The translations under genes were made by a program, and so were the position numbers. Below the pieces are notes generated by a model, which worked only from the letters and a program-made list of their open reading frames with translations, searched no databases and was not told the origin of the DNA. Below are positions 37,732-46,911 of a stretch of DNA of 58,897 nt, in pieces. The stretch's first letter is position 1, and the number at the start of each line of letters is the position of its first letter. Origin of the DNA: an uncultured SAR86 cluster bacterium (lineage in GTDB: Bacteria > Pseudomonadota > Gammaproteobacteria > Magnimaribacterales > D2472); the NCBI GenBank assembly GCA_902617955.1, contig CACMYW010000002.1, positions 1 to 58,897 on the forward strand, read 5' to 3'.

Positions 37732-38082
37732 TCATTTTTTTGAAAAAAATGTTTTTGCAAATCTATCAAGCAAACTTAATTTATCTTGAAGAACTACAAC
37801 CCCGTTCACCATTATTGATAATTTGACTGAGAAAAACCCTGCCAAAAAAACTTCAATAGATTTTATATCATCAGAAACTTCACTTTTAGTAAGCATTGCT
37901 TTGTTAGGATTTACCAACATGTCTGTGTTTCGATCTAAATGTTCATTATCTAAATATAAATCTGCGGCACCCTTCCCTTCCCAATTCCACCAATTAGATA
38001 CTTTGATTATTTTTCCATTAAAATTAACAGACCATTCTTTGTAATTAGATTTTTCCATTTTATTCACACTCAATAGGATCAA
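37732..38082 (-). CDS. hypothetical protein
   Basis: 116-aa ORF (a likelier start is the Met at MEKSNYKEW). No recognisable motif. Coding status is inferred only from length and tight spacing to the upstream methyltransferase. Confidence 0.4.
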   Translation of the reverse strand: MILLSVNKMEKSNYKEWSVNFNGKIIKVSNWWNWEGKGAADLYLDNEHLDRNTDMLVNPNKAMLTKSEVSDDIKSIEVFLAGFFSVKLSIMVNGVVVLQDKLSLLDRFAKTFFSKK

Positions 38083-38095
38083 TTACTTATTTAAT

Positions 38096-38923
38096 TCACA
38101 TCGATTTATTGAAATAAAGTTTCATATAAGGCAAAAAGTTGGGAAACTTCTTTATTAAGTTCAAAACTCCTAAAGCCTTCAACAACGAGGCAACTTTTCC
38201 AATAGTAGATTGTCGTTTCCTAAATTCAGCATCCTTTGACACTCGCTCAATCATGTAGTCAATTATTGAAGTGTCGTCACTCACAGAGAATCCAAGTTTC
38301 GAAATATTTTTTTTACAGTACGCTAAAACATGTCTCTTTTTGACAAAGTTTAAAGACTTCCAAAGTCCCAAAGAGTTGTTATTTTTTTCAAAATTTAAGA
38401 TGTTGTTTCCAAAAATACTAAAAGTGAGTCTTTTATTAAAAATAATAGGTATTTTGAAGTGTGATTCATAAGGAAATCCATAATTTGGACAAAGTACTAC
38501 AAATCGTCCATTTTCAGTAAGATTGTTAGAGGCCCAATCTAAAAAATGCTGCCAATCATTAACGTGCTCAAAAACATTTACGCAGTAAATAAAATCATAC
38601 CTAGATTGATGTTCTTCATACCTTTCAATCGACAGATTTACACCTAAGTCTTTAACAACAGCATTCAAATCTTTAAGGTTTGAAAATCCATCTCCAAATG
38701 GCTCAATCCCCAAAAATTTATGGTTAGGAAATTCTTCAGCTAAAACAGACAAGAGAATTCCGCTTCCACACCCAACTTCCAATATTTTTGAGTCATCAGC
38801 AAGTGAAGATATTGTTTCTTTTAATTGCGAAAATCCAAATTTCGCTTCTGCAAGCCATAATTTCGAATTATCTAAATCAGAAGCATTGATAAATTTTGTG
38901 ATTTTGTAATTATTCAAGTTCAT
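38096..38923 (-). CDS. class I SAM-dependent methyltransferase
   Basis: ILEVGCGSGILLS motif I, with a downstream acidic/aromatic motif (IYCVNVFEHV). Confidence 0.85.
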   Translation of the reverse strand: MNLNNYKITKFINASDLDNSKLWLAEAKFGFSQLKETISSLADDSKILEVGCGSGILLSVLAEEFPNHKFLGIEPFGDGFSNLKDLNAVVKDLGVNLSIERYEEHQSRYDFIYCVNVFEHVNDWQHFLDWASNNLTENGRFVVLCPNYGFPYESHFKIPIIFNKRLTFSIFGNNILNFEKNNNSLGLWKSLNFVKKRHVLAYCKKNISKLGFSVSDDTSIIDYMIERVSKDAEFRKRQSTIGKVASLLKALGVLNLIKKFPNFLPYMKLYFNKSM

Positions 38924-38988
38924 TTAAACCTCAATTAAGAATTAGACGTGTTCAACGATCAACATGAATACATAATTAACAAACAATA

Positions 38989-39002
38989 TCAATAAAATCA
39001 AT
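38989..39002. repeat. short direct repeat Y1 (tcaataaaatcaat)
   Basis: 14/14 identical to 40269..40282. The partially similar extension ends in ttaag in both copies. Confidence 0.55.
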
Positions 39003-39019
39003 AAGTTAAGTTATTTCAA

Positions 39020-39043
39020 CTACTCCCACTCAACTGTAGCACG
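39020..39043 (-). repeat. displaced guaA 3'-terminus remnant A (R-A-T-V-E-W-E-stop)
   Basis: Minus strand reads CGT GCT ACA GTT GAG TGG GAG TAG. The authentic guaA end is CCT GCA ACT ATT GAG TGG GAA TAA. 18/24 nt are identical, and the differences are mostly synonymous or conservative. Confidence 0.65.
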
Positions 39044-39078
39044 TATGTAAGTTATTGATTTTTAACATATAACTTTTT

Positions 39079-39100
39079 AGTTTCCAACTACCTTCTAACT
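39079..39100. repeat. short direct repeat X1 (agtttccaactaccttctaact)
   Basis: 18/20 identical to 40177..40196. Its right half also matches 40113..40124. Confidence 0.6.
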
Positions 39101-39188
39101 TTTTATGGCAATCTACATATGTACTGCAGGCAACACATTACTTTGCCACATAAAATTTCAGTTTTTATTAAAGACAATATTAGTTTTT

Positions 39189-40085
39189 TTAAATAAATCT
39201 AATTCGAAATTTTTTTAGAGGTAAAAATTGTGACGATTCTTTAGTTTCAACAAAGGATGCGTCTGTTATTTTAAGCAATCCACTTCCACAAATAATAATT
39301 GGACACCCTTTCTCAACAAAAATAACTTTTCCAATATGCCTTAACTTGCAATCAACATCTGGAATAACTTCTGCATCTTTAATTGAAATTTCACTTCCAT
39401 CGCTTAATTTGCTGCGAGCACCCAAATATGGAAATCCAACAGCATCAATTAGTCGCTTAATCTCATTAGATGATTTGCTCCAATCTACAAAGTAATCGTC
39501 ATAGTCTCTCCAAATTGAATATGAAGATTCAGATTCTTTTTGTGGGATGGAGGATATATCTTTATCAGCAGAAATTTTCTCTACTACTTCCAAAACAAGA
39601 CTTTTAAAATTCTCATTATTAATCTGAATGGCATCTTGAATCTTGATTGGATAACCAATAGTTGTTTTTTTCTGAGAAATAATCTCACCCCTATCGTATT
39701 CATCAGCACCAAAGATTGCGGAGACTCCGATTTCTTTTTCTCCATTTATCAGCATATTAACTAATGGTGCAAAACCTCTGTATTTAGGCAAAATAGAGTC
39801 ATGAAAAATTATTAGTTTATTTTTTGGATGCTTTATCATCCATCGCCAAGAAACTGCCATAACATAAATGTTTTTATCTATTTTTGGCTGATTTTCTCGA
39901 AAATAAAATTCTATATTGTTATCAATGCATAAAGTTGTGATTTTTTCGCTGTAATCATCATTTACACTCGCATCTTTTCCGATAATCACAAAAGCAATTA
40001 AGTTCTTTAAGTGAATTATCGTTTTTAGAACTTCAAAACCTTTTTCAGTCATTAAATTAAGAACGAGATAGTTGTCTTTTTTCAT
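39189..40085 (-). CDS. formyltransferase-domain protein (sugar N-formyltransferase / Fmt-like)
   Basis: HDSILPKYRGFAPLVNMLINGE matches the formyl_trans_N catalytic block (H..LP.yRG). 298 aa with a C-terminal beta-barrel-like extension. Confidence 0.75.
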   Translation of the reverse strand: MKKDNYLVLNLMTEKGFEVLKTIIHLKNLIAFVIIGKDASVNDDYSEKITTLCIDNNIEFYFRENQPKIDKNIYVMAVSWRWMIKHPKNKLIIFHDSILPKYRGFAPLVNMLINGEKEIGVSAIFGADEYDRGEIISQKKTTIGYPIKIQDAIQINNENFKSLVLEVVEKISADKDISSIPQKESESSYSIWRDYDDYFVDWSKSSNEIKRLIDAVGFPYLGARSKLSDGSEISIKDAEVIPDVDCKLRHIGKVIFVEKGCPIIICGSGLLKITDASFVETKESSQFLPLKKFRIRFI

Positions 40086-40112
40086 ATTTCTTATGCTTTG
40101 TAATAGTTGCTG

Positions 40113-40124
40113 TACTTTCTAACT
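40113..40124. repeat. partial repeat X3 (tactttctaact)
   Basis: Matches the right half of X1/X2. Low complexity, so weak alone. Confidence 0.3.
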
Positions 40125-40176
40125 TTGTTTTAAACAATATAGACAGAAAGTAAGTAATAGCAACAAAAAAGGGTTG

Positions 40177-40196
40177 AGTTTCTAACTACTTTCTAA
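40177..40196. repeat. short direct repeat X2 (agtttctaactactttctaa)
   Basis: 18/20 identical to X1 at 39079. Confidence 0.6.
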
Positions 40197-40234
40197 ATCA
40201 TAAATCCTTATATTATATTTCTAAAAGTGATGAA

Positions 40235-40258
40235 CTATTCCCACTCCATAGTTACGTT
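40235..40258 (-). repeat. displaced guaA 3'-terminus remnant B (..V-T-M-E-W-E-stop)
   Basis: Minus strand reads AAC GTA ACT ATG GAG TGG GAA TAG. 16 of the last 18 nt are identical to the authentic guaA end. Confidence 0.65.
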
Positions 40259-40268
40259 ATCTAAAACC

Positions 40269-40282
40269 TCAATAAAATCAAT
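40269..40282. repeat. short direct repeat Y2 (tcaataaaatcaat)
   Basis: Exact 14-mer copy of Y1. Confidence 0.55.
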
Positions 40283-40333
40283 GGTTTTAAGAGTATTGAA
40301 ATAGACTTTGTAACTTCTTTGTAACTATTATTC

Positions 40334-40921
40334 TCAATTACTTTTAAGTCCTAGTTGAAGAACTTTCTCAATCCATCGATCTCGAGTCTTTGGTTTAGAG
40401 CCTTTTACCGGAGAAAATTCAGTTACCTTAACAGGCTTTACTCCACAGAATTCAAGCGTCGCTTTCTTCAACTGATTGACGCTAGGGGCATTAAAAATCC
40501 AACGGTAATAGAAAGTTGGGGTATCCATAGTAGCTATAATGCGCGCTGATTTTCCTTCAAGATACCCATCCCATCCCATACCGCCGAGCTTCGATTCGTT
40601 GTAATCAAAAACAATGGAAGGGAGAAAAGTTCTATCAATAAACCCTTTTGCAAGCGCTGGTAAACCGCCCCACCAAACAGGGTGAAACCAAACCATGTGC
40701 TCACATGCTTTAATTTCATCAATAGCCATCAGCAGATCAGGTTCTAGATCAATGCGCTTCTCATAACCAAACTTAAGATTAGGATTAAATTCCATATCTC
40801 TTATGATTATAGTTCTAATGTCGTATCCACTTTGAAGTGCGCCTCGCTTGTAAGCATCTACCAAAGAACTGGTAAGTCTGTTGCTATCAGGATGTGCGTC
40901 AATTAATAGAATTTTTTTCAT
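40334..40921 (-). CDS. flavodoxin-like fold NAD(P)H dehydrogenase (quinone) family protein (Flavodoxin_2, KefF/MdaB-like)
   Basis: ILLIDAHPDSNRLTSSL N-terminus and FHPVWWGGLPALAKGFIDR motif. Its ATG directly abuts the guaA stop (TAAATG). Confidence 0.75.
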   Translation of the reverse strand: MKKILLIDAHPDSNRLTSSLVDAYKRGALQSGYDIRTIIIRDMEFNPNLKFGYEKRIDLEPDLLMAIDEIKACEHMVWFHPVWWGGLPALAKGFIDRTFLPSIVFDYNESKLGGMGWDGYLEGKSARIIATMDTPTFYYRWIFNAPSVNQLKKATLEFCGVKPVKVTEFSPVKGSKPKTRDRWIEKVLQLGLKSN

Positions 40922-42502
40922 TTATTCCCACTCAATAGTTGCAGGTGGTTTGCCTGAGATATCATAAACTACCCTGCTCACTCCCTCTAATTCATTTACG
41001 ATCCTGTTTGATACTTTCCCCAAAAACTCTAAAGGTAATTTTGACCATTCAGCTGTCATAAAGTCAACAGTCTTAACAGACCTTAGAGCTATAACATCTG
41101 CATAACGTCTTTCATCCCCAACGACACCAACAGATTTTACTGGTAGGTATACACAAAATGCTTGGCTGACCTCGTCATAAAGGCCCTCTTTTTTTAATTC
41201 ATCAATAAAAATTGAGTCTGCCTCTTGCAGTATTGAAATATTTTCTTGATTTATCTCACCCAATATTCTTACTCCGAGTCCGGGACCAGGAAAAGGATGT
41301 CTTTTAAGTATTTCATTAGGCAGGCCTAATAAAGCGCCCATTTTTCTGACCTCATCTTTAAATAGATCCCTAAGAGGTTCTACTAAGCTCATCTTCATTT
41401 CATCTGGCAATCCACCAACGTTGTGATGAGACTTAATTATTCTAGCTTCCTTTGATTCAGACTCAGATGATTCAATCACATCAGGATAAATTGTTCCTTG
41501 TGCTAAAAAACTTATTTCGTCAGAGGTATGTAAATTTACTGATTCGTTATCAAAAACATCTATAAAGGTCCTACCGATAACTTTTCTTTTTTGCTCGGGA
41601 TCAGTTACGCCTTTTAGGTGCCTATAAAATGTTTTCTTTGCATCCACAACCTCAAGGTTAAGATTAATTTTATTTTTAAAAAGATCTATTACCTCATTAA
41701 CTTCATTTTTTCTTAATAGGCCGTTATCAACGAACATACAAATTAAGTTTTTACCGATCGCCCTATCAAGCAACATAGCAGTTACCGATGAATCGACTCC
41801 CCCAGATAGTCCTAAAAGAACTTTTTTATCCCCAACTTTCGCTTTAATGTCTTTTATTCTGTGATCAATTAAATCATTTAATTTCCAATTTCTTCTAGAT
41901 TTACAAATATCTATTATAAAATTTTCAATGATTTTTTGGCCCTTATCTGTATGCGTTACTTCGGGATGAAATTGAAGAGCATAATAAGGCATATCTTTAT
42001 GCTCCATTGCCGCGATAGGTGCAGATTGAGTTGATGCACTCAATATAAAATCATCGGGCAAGATCGAAACATGATCTCCGTGACTCATCCAAACATCTAG
42101 ATTTTTTGTATCTAAGTCATCAAAGATTTTAGAGGCATACTCAATCTTTAATTCTGCATAACCAAACTCCTTTGTAGATGAAGTGGTTACACTTCCTCCA
42201 TTTTGCTCGGCCAGTGTTTGCATTCCATAACAAATACCCAGAATAGGAATGCCTAAGTTAAAAATAATTTCTGGAATTCTTGGAGTATTTTCTTGAGTTA
42301 CAGATTCTGGGCCACCAGATAGAATTACCCCTTTAGGGTTTAGTGCAGATATTTTTTCTGTTGCAATATCCCATGGGAATATTTCGGAATAAACTCCAAG
42401 TTCTCTGACTCTTCTAGCTATTAATTGAGTATATTGAGATCCAAAATCTAAAACTAAAATAGTATCAAGATCTGACTTTGATAAAGTTATATTACTGCTC
42501 AT
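40922..42502 (-). CDS. guaA: GMP synthase (glutamine-hydrolysing)
   Basis: GATase domain (GICYGMQ), PP-loop [11 protein letters not shown] and the canonical C-terminus [10 protein letters not shown]. Confidence 0.97.
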   Translation of the reverse strand: MSSNITLSKSDLDTILVLDFGSQYTQLIARRVRELGVYSEIFPWDIATEKISALNPKGVILSGGPESVTQENTPRIPEIIFNLGIPILGICYGMQTLAEQNGGSVTTSSTKEFGYAELKIEYASKIFDDLDTKNLDVWMSHGDHVSILPDDFILSASTQSAPIAAMEHKDMPYYALQFHPEVTHTDKGQKIIENFIIDICKSRRNWKLNDLIDHRIKDIKAKVGDKKVLLGLSGGVDSSVTAMLLDRAIGKNLICMFVDNGLLRKNEVNEVIDLFKNKINLNLEVVDAKKTFYRHLKGVTDPEQKRKVIGRTFIDVFDNESVNLHTSDEISFLAQGTIYPDVIESSESESKEARIIKSHHNVGGLPDEMKMSLVEPLRDLFKDEVRKMGALLGLPNEILKRHPFPGPGLGVRILGEINQENISILQEADSIFIDELKKEGLYDEVSQAFCVYLPVKSVGVVGDERRYADVIALRSVKTVDFMTAEWSKLPLEFLGKVSNRIVNELEGVSRVVYDISGKPPATIEWE

Positions 42503-43065
42503 TTTATAAGCTTTGATAACTTATTAATCAGTTTTGAAACTTCGGGTTTATTATCTCTTAATTCCTTTAATGAAAGACCCTCAAGTTCATGTGGAAATAC
42601 AAGCCATTTGTCAGTTTCATAAAGATAATAATCTGGTCTTTTATTAGTTTTATTGTTTGTTGGCTTAAAGTAAGGTGTTGCAACCCTTATTTCAGGTGTA
42701 TTTTTTTTACAAGCGAACTTAAGGTCAGAAATTATCTTTTCAATAGATATACCAGTATCATGGACATCATCAACTATTAGCAGCGAATCTTCAGATTCCA
42801 CTTGCTTAATAATATAATTAAGTCCATAAACTTGAACTTCGCTATCTCTTTGATTGATAGCCTTATAGTGTGAAGTTCTGATGGCAATGTGATCTGAAGA
42901 GACTCCCATTACACTAAAAAGTTCTTGGACTGCTATTCCAATGGGCGCTCCACCTCTCCAAACACCAATAATATAATTTGGTCTATATCCATCTTCGTAG
43001 ACCTGCATGGCAAGCTGAAAAGAATCTTGAATAAGGTCTTCAGATTTAATAAAAAGCTTTTCCAT
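42499..43065 (-). CDS. purine phosphoribosyltransferase (xanthine-guanine PRT-like)
   Basis: [12 protein letters not shown] and the PRPP-binding [14 protein letters not shown] motif. Overlaps guaA by 4 nt. Confidence 0.75.
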   Translation of the reverse strand: MEKLFIKSEDLIQDSFQLAMQVYEDGYRPNYIIGVWRGGAPIGIAVQELFSVMGVSSDHIAIRTSHYKAINQRDSEVQVYGLNYIIKQVESEDSLLIVDDVHDTGISIEKIISDLKFACKKNTPEIRVATPYFKPTNNKTNKRPDYYLYETDKWLVFPHELEGLSLKELRDNKPEVSKLINKLSKLIK

Positions 43066-43118
43066 GGCTAATTATATATTGATAACCACGAAATTTAAGT
43101 ACAGAGCTGAATAACTTT

Positions 43119-45419
43119 TTAGTAATTCATGCTTAATCTAAGCATATATTGTCTTGGTGGAATTAATTCTAAACCGGTAGCCGCAACTCCAAATACGTCC
43201 GTCATGCTAGAGTTGACTCCATCCTCATCGGTTGCATTAAGAATCATGAAATCTAATCCCCATTTATCACCAACAAAATCAAAGCTAGCAGTTAGGTTCA
43301 AAATATCATAAGCATCAATAGCGTCTACTATCGGATTGTTATTTACGCGTTGTTGGAATTCGCCTCTTTCTACATATTGAAGTATTCCAGTAAACATTGT
43401 TCCTGAAGATAATACAGTTTCATATGTCATAGTTATGTCAGCTGTAAATTCAGGCGTCTTAGCCAGTTCATTACCTCTAATATTTTTTCTTAGGCCATAT
43501 CTCAAATCTTCTTCACCAAAGAAGTACTGGTATGCATCAACATTATCTAGCGCCTCATAATCAGAGGATACTTCTGAGTCAAGAAATGCTAGATTCATGT
43601 CTAAGGTTAGCGAATCAGAAATTAAGCCAGTAAATTCAATCTCTAAACCTGACATTTCTGATTCAGGAATGTTGGCAACTCCACCTCGGTAAGGATCAGG
43701 ATCTGTCGCTTGGAATTGAAGATTTTCATAATCATATGAAAAAATTGCAATATTTGCTCTTGCCCTGCCATCATATAAATCTGTTTTAAGACCAAATTCC
43801 ATGGACTCTACTGTTTCAGCCTCAAAATTCGGGTAAACCATTGGGGGCGCGTTATCATCGGCAAAGCCATATGTAAGATTTGTTCCTCCTGGTTTAAAGC
43901 CAGCCGAGAAAGCAAGATACGCCAAAGTATTATCATCAAGATCAAATTCAGCAGCTATTTTTCCAGTTGTCTTATCAGAACTGCCACTTAAGTTGTCACA
44001 TACAGTTGTGAAGAAATTTTTAACACAACTCTCGACTTCATCATCAGAATATCGAAGCCCACTAAGGATACGGAATTGGTCAGAAACGCTGTAGGTGGTT
44101 TCTCCATAAACTGAGAATGACTCTCTTTTTGGGAAAGCATCGCTTACAAAGTCAAATTCAAAGAAAAACCAGGGATCAGGACCACCAACTGTAAAACAGT
44201 AATCATTTCTTGCAAATGGCTCACCACAAACATATTGTAATTCTCCGTCTAAATCGTTATCTCTATATCCTCGAATATGATTTTCAATCTCATGATCCAT
44301 GTAGAATGCACCAATTGTCCAATCAAGCTTTCCACCCATTGCAGGCTCATTAGAAACTAAATTAATTTCAAAGGTTGTTGTGTCGACTAGAGAAGTTTCA
44401 GGGCGAAACTCAGCTCTCTGATAAGTTGCTCCTTCTCCCAGACCAGGAATAGCTAAAACCGGATCACCGAAATTGTGACGGTCATTATCTCTGGTTACCG
44501 AAATGTCATCCTCTTGGATGCTCGCCATAATTTTTAAATTTGCGTAACCAAGATCAGATTCATAAATTGCGGCAAAGATCTTTGACGTTAGCTCATGATT
44601 TGAGATAGAGTCTTGAGATAAGTCCCTTGGATCCGGTGAGGGATCATCTATACCTTTCATAGCAGAACCATTTCTATCAACTTCAAAAAACTGACCAAAA
44701 AATCTTAATGATGAACTATTTCCAAACTCTGTAAGGAAATCCGCACGAAGGCTCAAATTACTATCATCATCTAGATCTTGTCCTGTTACTAGATTATCGC
44801 TAAAACCATCTCTTTCTGTAGTGGAAATTGAAAATCTGGCAGCAGTTGAACTACCTAAAACAATATTGTTAGATGAGCGAAATTTTGTTAGGCCATAATT
44901 TCCAAAAGTAATATCAGTTTTACCTAAATATCCATCCATGGATGGTTTTTTGCTAATTACATTTATCACCCCCCCAGTAGAATTCTGTCCAAAGAGTGTT
45001 CCTTGAGGACCTCTTAGAACCTCAATTCTTTCTACATCAATAAAATCAGTTTGTAATGAAAATGGAGAAGCTATAAAAATACCATCCATGTGGAAAGCAA
45101 CTGAAGGAGCTGCGATCGCATTTTGATTAGTTTCGTTTCCGACACCTCTTATAGAAATTACTGTCTTATAACCTTCATTTTTTGCTACAGTTACTCCTGG
45201 AACGATTGCACTTAGATCCACAAAGGAAGTTATGTTTTTATTTTCTATATCTTCATCACTTATTGCCGTCACCGCCTGTGATATATCTTGCAAGCTTTCG
45301 CTTCTCTTTTCGGCAGTTACAAATACTTCTTCTATGAAGCTATCTTGTGCACTAAGACCAATACAACCAAAAAGAAGTGTGAAAAACTTAATACTTTTTA
45401 GATGGCTTGTTAATTTCAT
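43119..45419 (-). CDS. TonB-dependent outer-membrane receptor
   Basis: Signal peptide, TonB-box-like EEVFVTAEKR, plug domain (IEVLRGPQGTLFGQNSTGGVINV) and a long beta-barrel ending in an aromatic residue. Confidence 0.92.
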   Translation of the reverse strand: MKLTSHLKSIKFFTLLFGCIGLSAQDSFIEEVFVTAEKRSESLQDISQAVTAISDEDIENKNITSFVDLSAIVPGVTVAKNEGYKTVISIRGVGNETNQNAIAAPSVAFHMDGIFIASPFSLQTDFIDVERIEVLRGPQGTLFGQNSTGGVINVISKKPSMDGYLGKTDITFGNYGLTKFRSSNNIVLGSSTAARFSISTTERDGFSDNLVTGQDLDDDSNLSLRADFLTEFGNSSSLRFFGQFFEVDRNGSAMKGIDDPSPDPRDLSQDSISNHELTSKIFAAIYESDLGYANLKIMASIQEDDISVTRDNDRHNFGDPVLAIPGLGEGATYQRAEFRPETSLVDTTTFEINLVSNEPAMGGKLDWTIGAFYMDHEIENHIRGYRDNDLDGELQYVCGEPFARNDYCFTVGGPDPWFFFEFDFVSDAFPKRESFSVYGETTYSVSDQFRILSGLRYSDDEVESCVKNFFTTVCDNLSGSSDKTTGKIAAEFDLDDNTLAYLAFSAGFKPGGTNLTYGFADDNAPPMVYPNFEAETVESMEFGLKTDLYDGRARANIAIFSYDYENLQFQATDPDPYRGGVANIPESEMSGLEIEFTGLISDSLTLDMNLAFLDSEVSSDYEALDNVDAYQYFFGEEDLRYGLRKNIRGNELAKTPEFTADITMTYETVLSSGTMFTGILQYVERGEFQQRVNNNPIVDAIDAYDILNLTASFDFVGDKWGLDFMILNATDEDGVNSSMTDVFGVAATGLELIPPRQYMLRLSMNY

Positions 45420-45544
45420 AATTTTTAATCCCTTCTTAAATAAAATGTTCTTATATAATATTTATGCAATATTAATGCCATTTTTTGTTAGATAATTTTT
45501 AAAATTACGAACCTCGAAAAGTATGAGAGATTTACTTTTGGTTG

Positions 45545-45558
45545 TTAAATGCATTTAA
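45545..45558. promoter_or_regulatory. perfect 14-bp palindrome TTAAATGCATTTAA in the divergent TBDR/permease intergenic region (candidate operator)
   Basis: Self-complementary when read by hand. Lies ~63 nt upstream of the permease ATG. Confidence 0.2.
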
Positions 45559-45620
45559 AAGCTATAACAAAAATATAGTATAAGTTGTAAACTTGATTTT
45601 AAAATACCTTTAAAGAAAAA

Positions 45621-46910
45621 ATGCTCGAAAAAATCTTCAAATTAAAAAATTTTAATACTGATTTTAAGAGTGAGATTCTTGCAGGTATCACTACCTTCAT
45701 AACCATGGCATATATTATCTTTGTGAATCCACAAATGATGGCTGCAAGCGGCATGGATATTGGTGCCAGTTTCGTTGGGACATGTATTGCTGCCTCTATT
45801 GCCTGTATTGCAATGGGAGTATATGCAAATTGGCCTGTTGGTTTAGCGCCTGGCATGGGTCTAAATGCTTTTTTTACTTATACAGTGGTTGGTGAAATGG
45901 GTTACACATGGGAGGTTGCTTTAGGTGCCGTATTTCTAGCTGGAATTCTATTTTTTATAATGAGTGTAACGCCACTAAGACAGTGGATGTTAGAGAGTAT
46001 TCCTTTCAATTTACGAATTGCAATGGGTGCAGGTGTTGGTCTATTCATTGGAATTATTGGTCTTAAAAGTGGCGGGATAATTACTTCAAATGAATCTACT
46101 CTCCTCAGCATGGGTGACCTTAATAAGCCAGAAACTTTTTTAGCAATGGTTAGTTTTTTAGTAATTGCTGTACTGTCGATCCGTAAAATACCAGGTGCCA
46201 TTGTTATAGGAATATTTTTAGTGACTTCAATAGCTTTAGCTCTAAATCTAATTAAATTTAATGGAATCATTTCATCGCCCCCCTCATTAATGCCAGTTTT
46301 GTTGAAACTAGATATTTCTCAAGCATTTGACTTAGCCATGATCAGTATTATTATGTCGTTTCTCTTTGTTAACTTATTCGATACAGCTGGAACCCTTGTT
46401 GGGGTTGCTAACCAAGCTAAACTTATAAACGATGATGGTGGTATTGATAATTTAGATAGAGCACTAAAAGCTGACAGTAGTTCAAGTGCTGTTGGTTCTT
46501 TATTTGGATGCTCTCCTGTAACTAGTTACGTTGAGAGCTCTGCTGGAATAGAGGCTGGCGGAAGAACTGGTTTAACTGCAGTTACAGTTGGAATTTTGTT
46601 TCTTTTGGCAATATTTTTTGCTCCACTTGCTACGATGATTCCTGCTTATGCAACATCTGGTGCATTGATTTACGTAGCAATCTTGATGTTGAGCAGCATG
46701 GAAAAACTGAATTGGTCTGATTTAAGCGATCTACTACCAGCTCTTGTAATAATTGTAATGATGCCATTAACCTTTTCGATCGCAAATGGAATAGCGCTTG
46801 GATTTTTATCTTATGTGATAATAAAAATTTTTTCAGGACAACTTAAAACTATCTCCTCAGGAGCATGGTTTCTTACAATAATCTTTTTGTCAAAATTTAT
46901 TTTTTTATAA
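45621..46910 (+). CDS. NCS2/AzgA-family purine (adenine/guanine/hypoxanthine) permease
   Basis: 429 aa, ~12 TM. Motifs EILAGITTFITMAYIIFVNP and ESSAGIEAGGRTGLTA are typical of AzgA-like purine permeases. Confidence 0.88.
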   Translation: MLEKIFKLKNFNTDFKSEILAGITTFITMAYIIFVNPQMMAASGMDIGASFVGTCIAASIACIAMGVYANWPVGLAPGMGLNAFFTYTVVGEMGYTWEVALGAVFLAGILFFIMSVTPLRQWMLESIPFNLRIAMGAGVGLFIGIIGLKSGGIITSNESTLLSMGDLNKPETFLAMVSFLVIAVLSIRKIPGAIVIGIFLVTSIALALNLIKFNGIISSPPSLMPVLLKLDISQAFDLAMISIIMSFLFVNLFDTAGTLVGVANQAKLINDDGGIDNLDRALKADSSSSAVGSLFGCSPVTSYVESSAGIEAGGRTGLTAVTVGILFLLAIFFAPLATMIPAYATSGALIYVAILMLSSMEKLNWSDLSDLLPALVIIVMMPLTFSIANGIALGFLSYVIIKIFSGQLKTISSGAWFLTIIFLSKFIFL

Positions 46911-46911
46911 G

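Noticed and set aside
45420-45620. Possible purine riboswitch upstream of the purine permease, or a riboswitch in the TBDR leader.
   Set aside because: The region lacks the conserved purine-riboswitch junction sequences (UAUAAU...GUUUCUACC...CCGUAA-type cores) and has no G+C-containing stems. It contains only AT-rich sequence and one palindrome.
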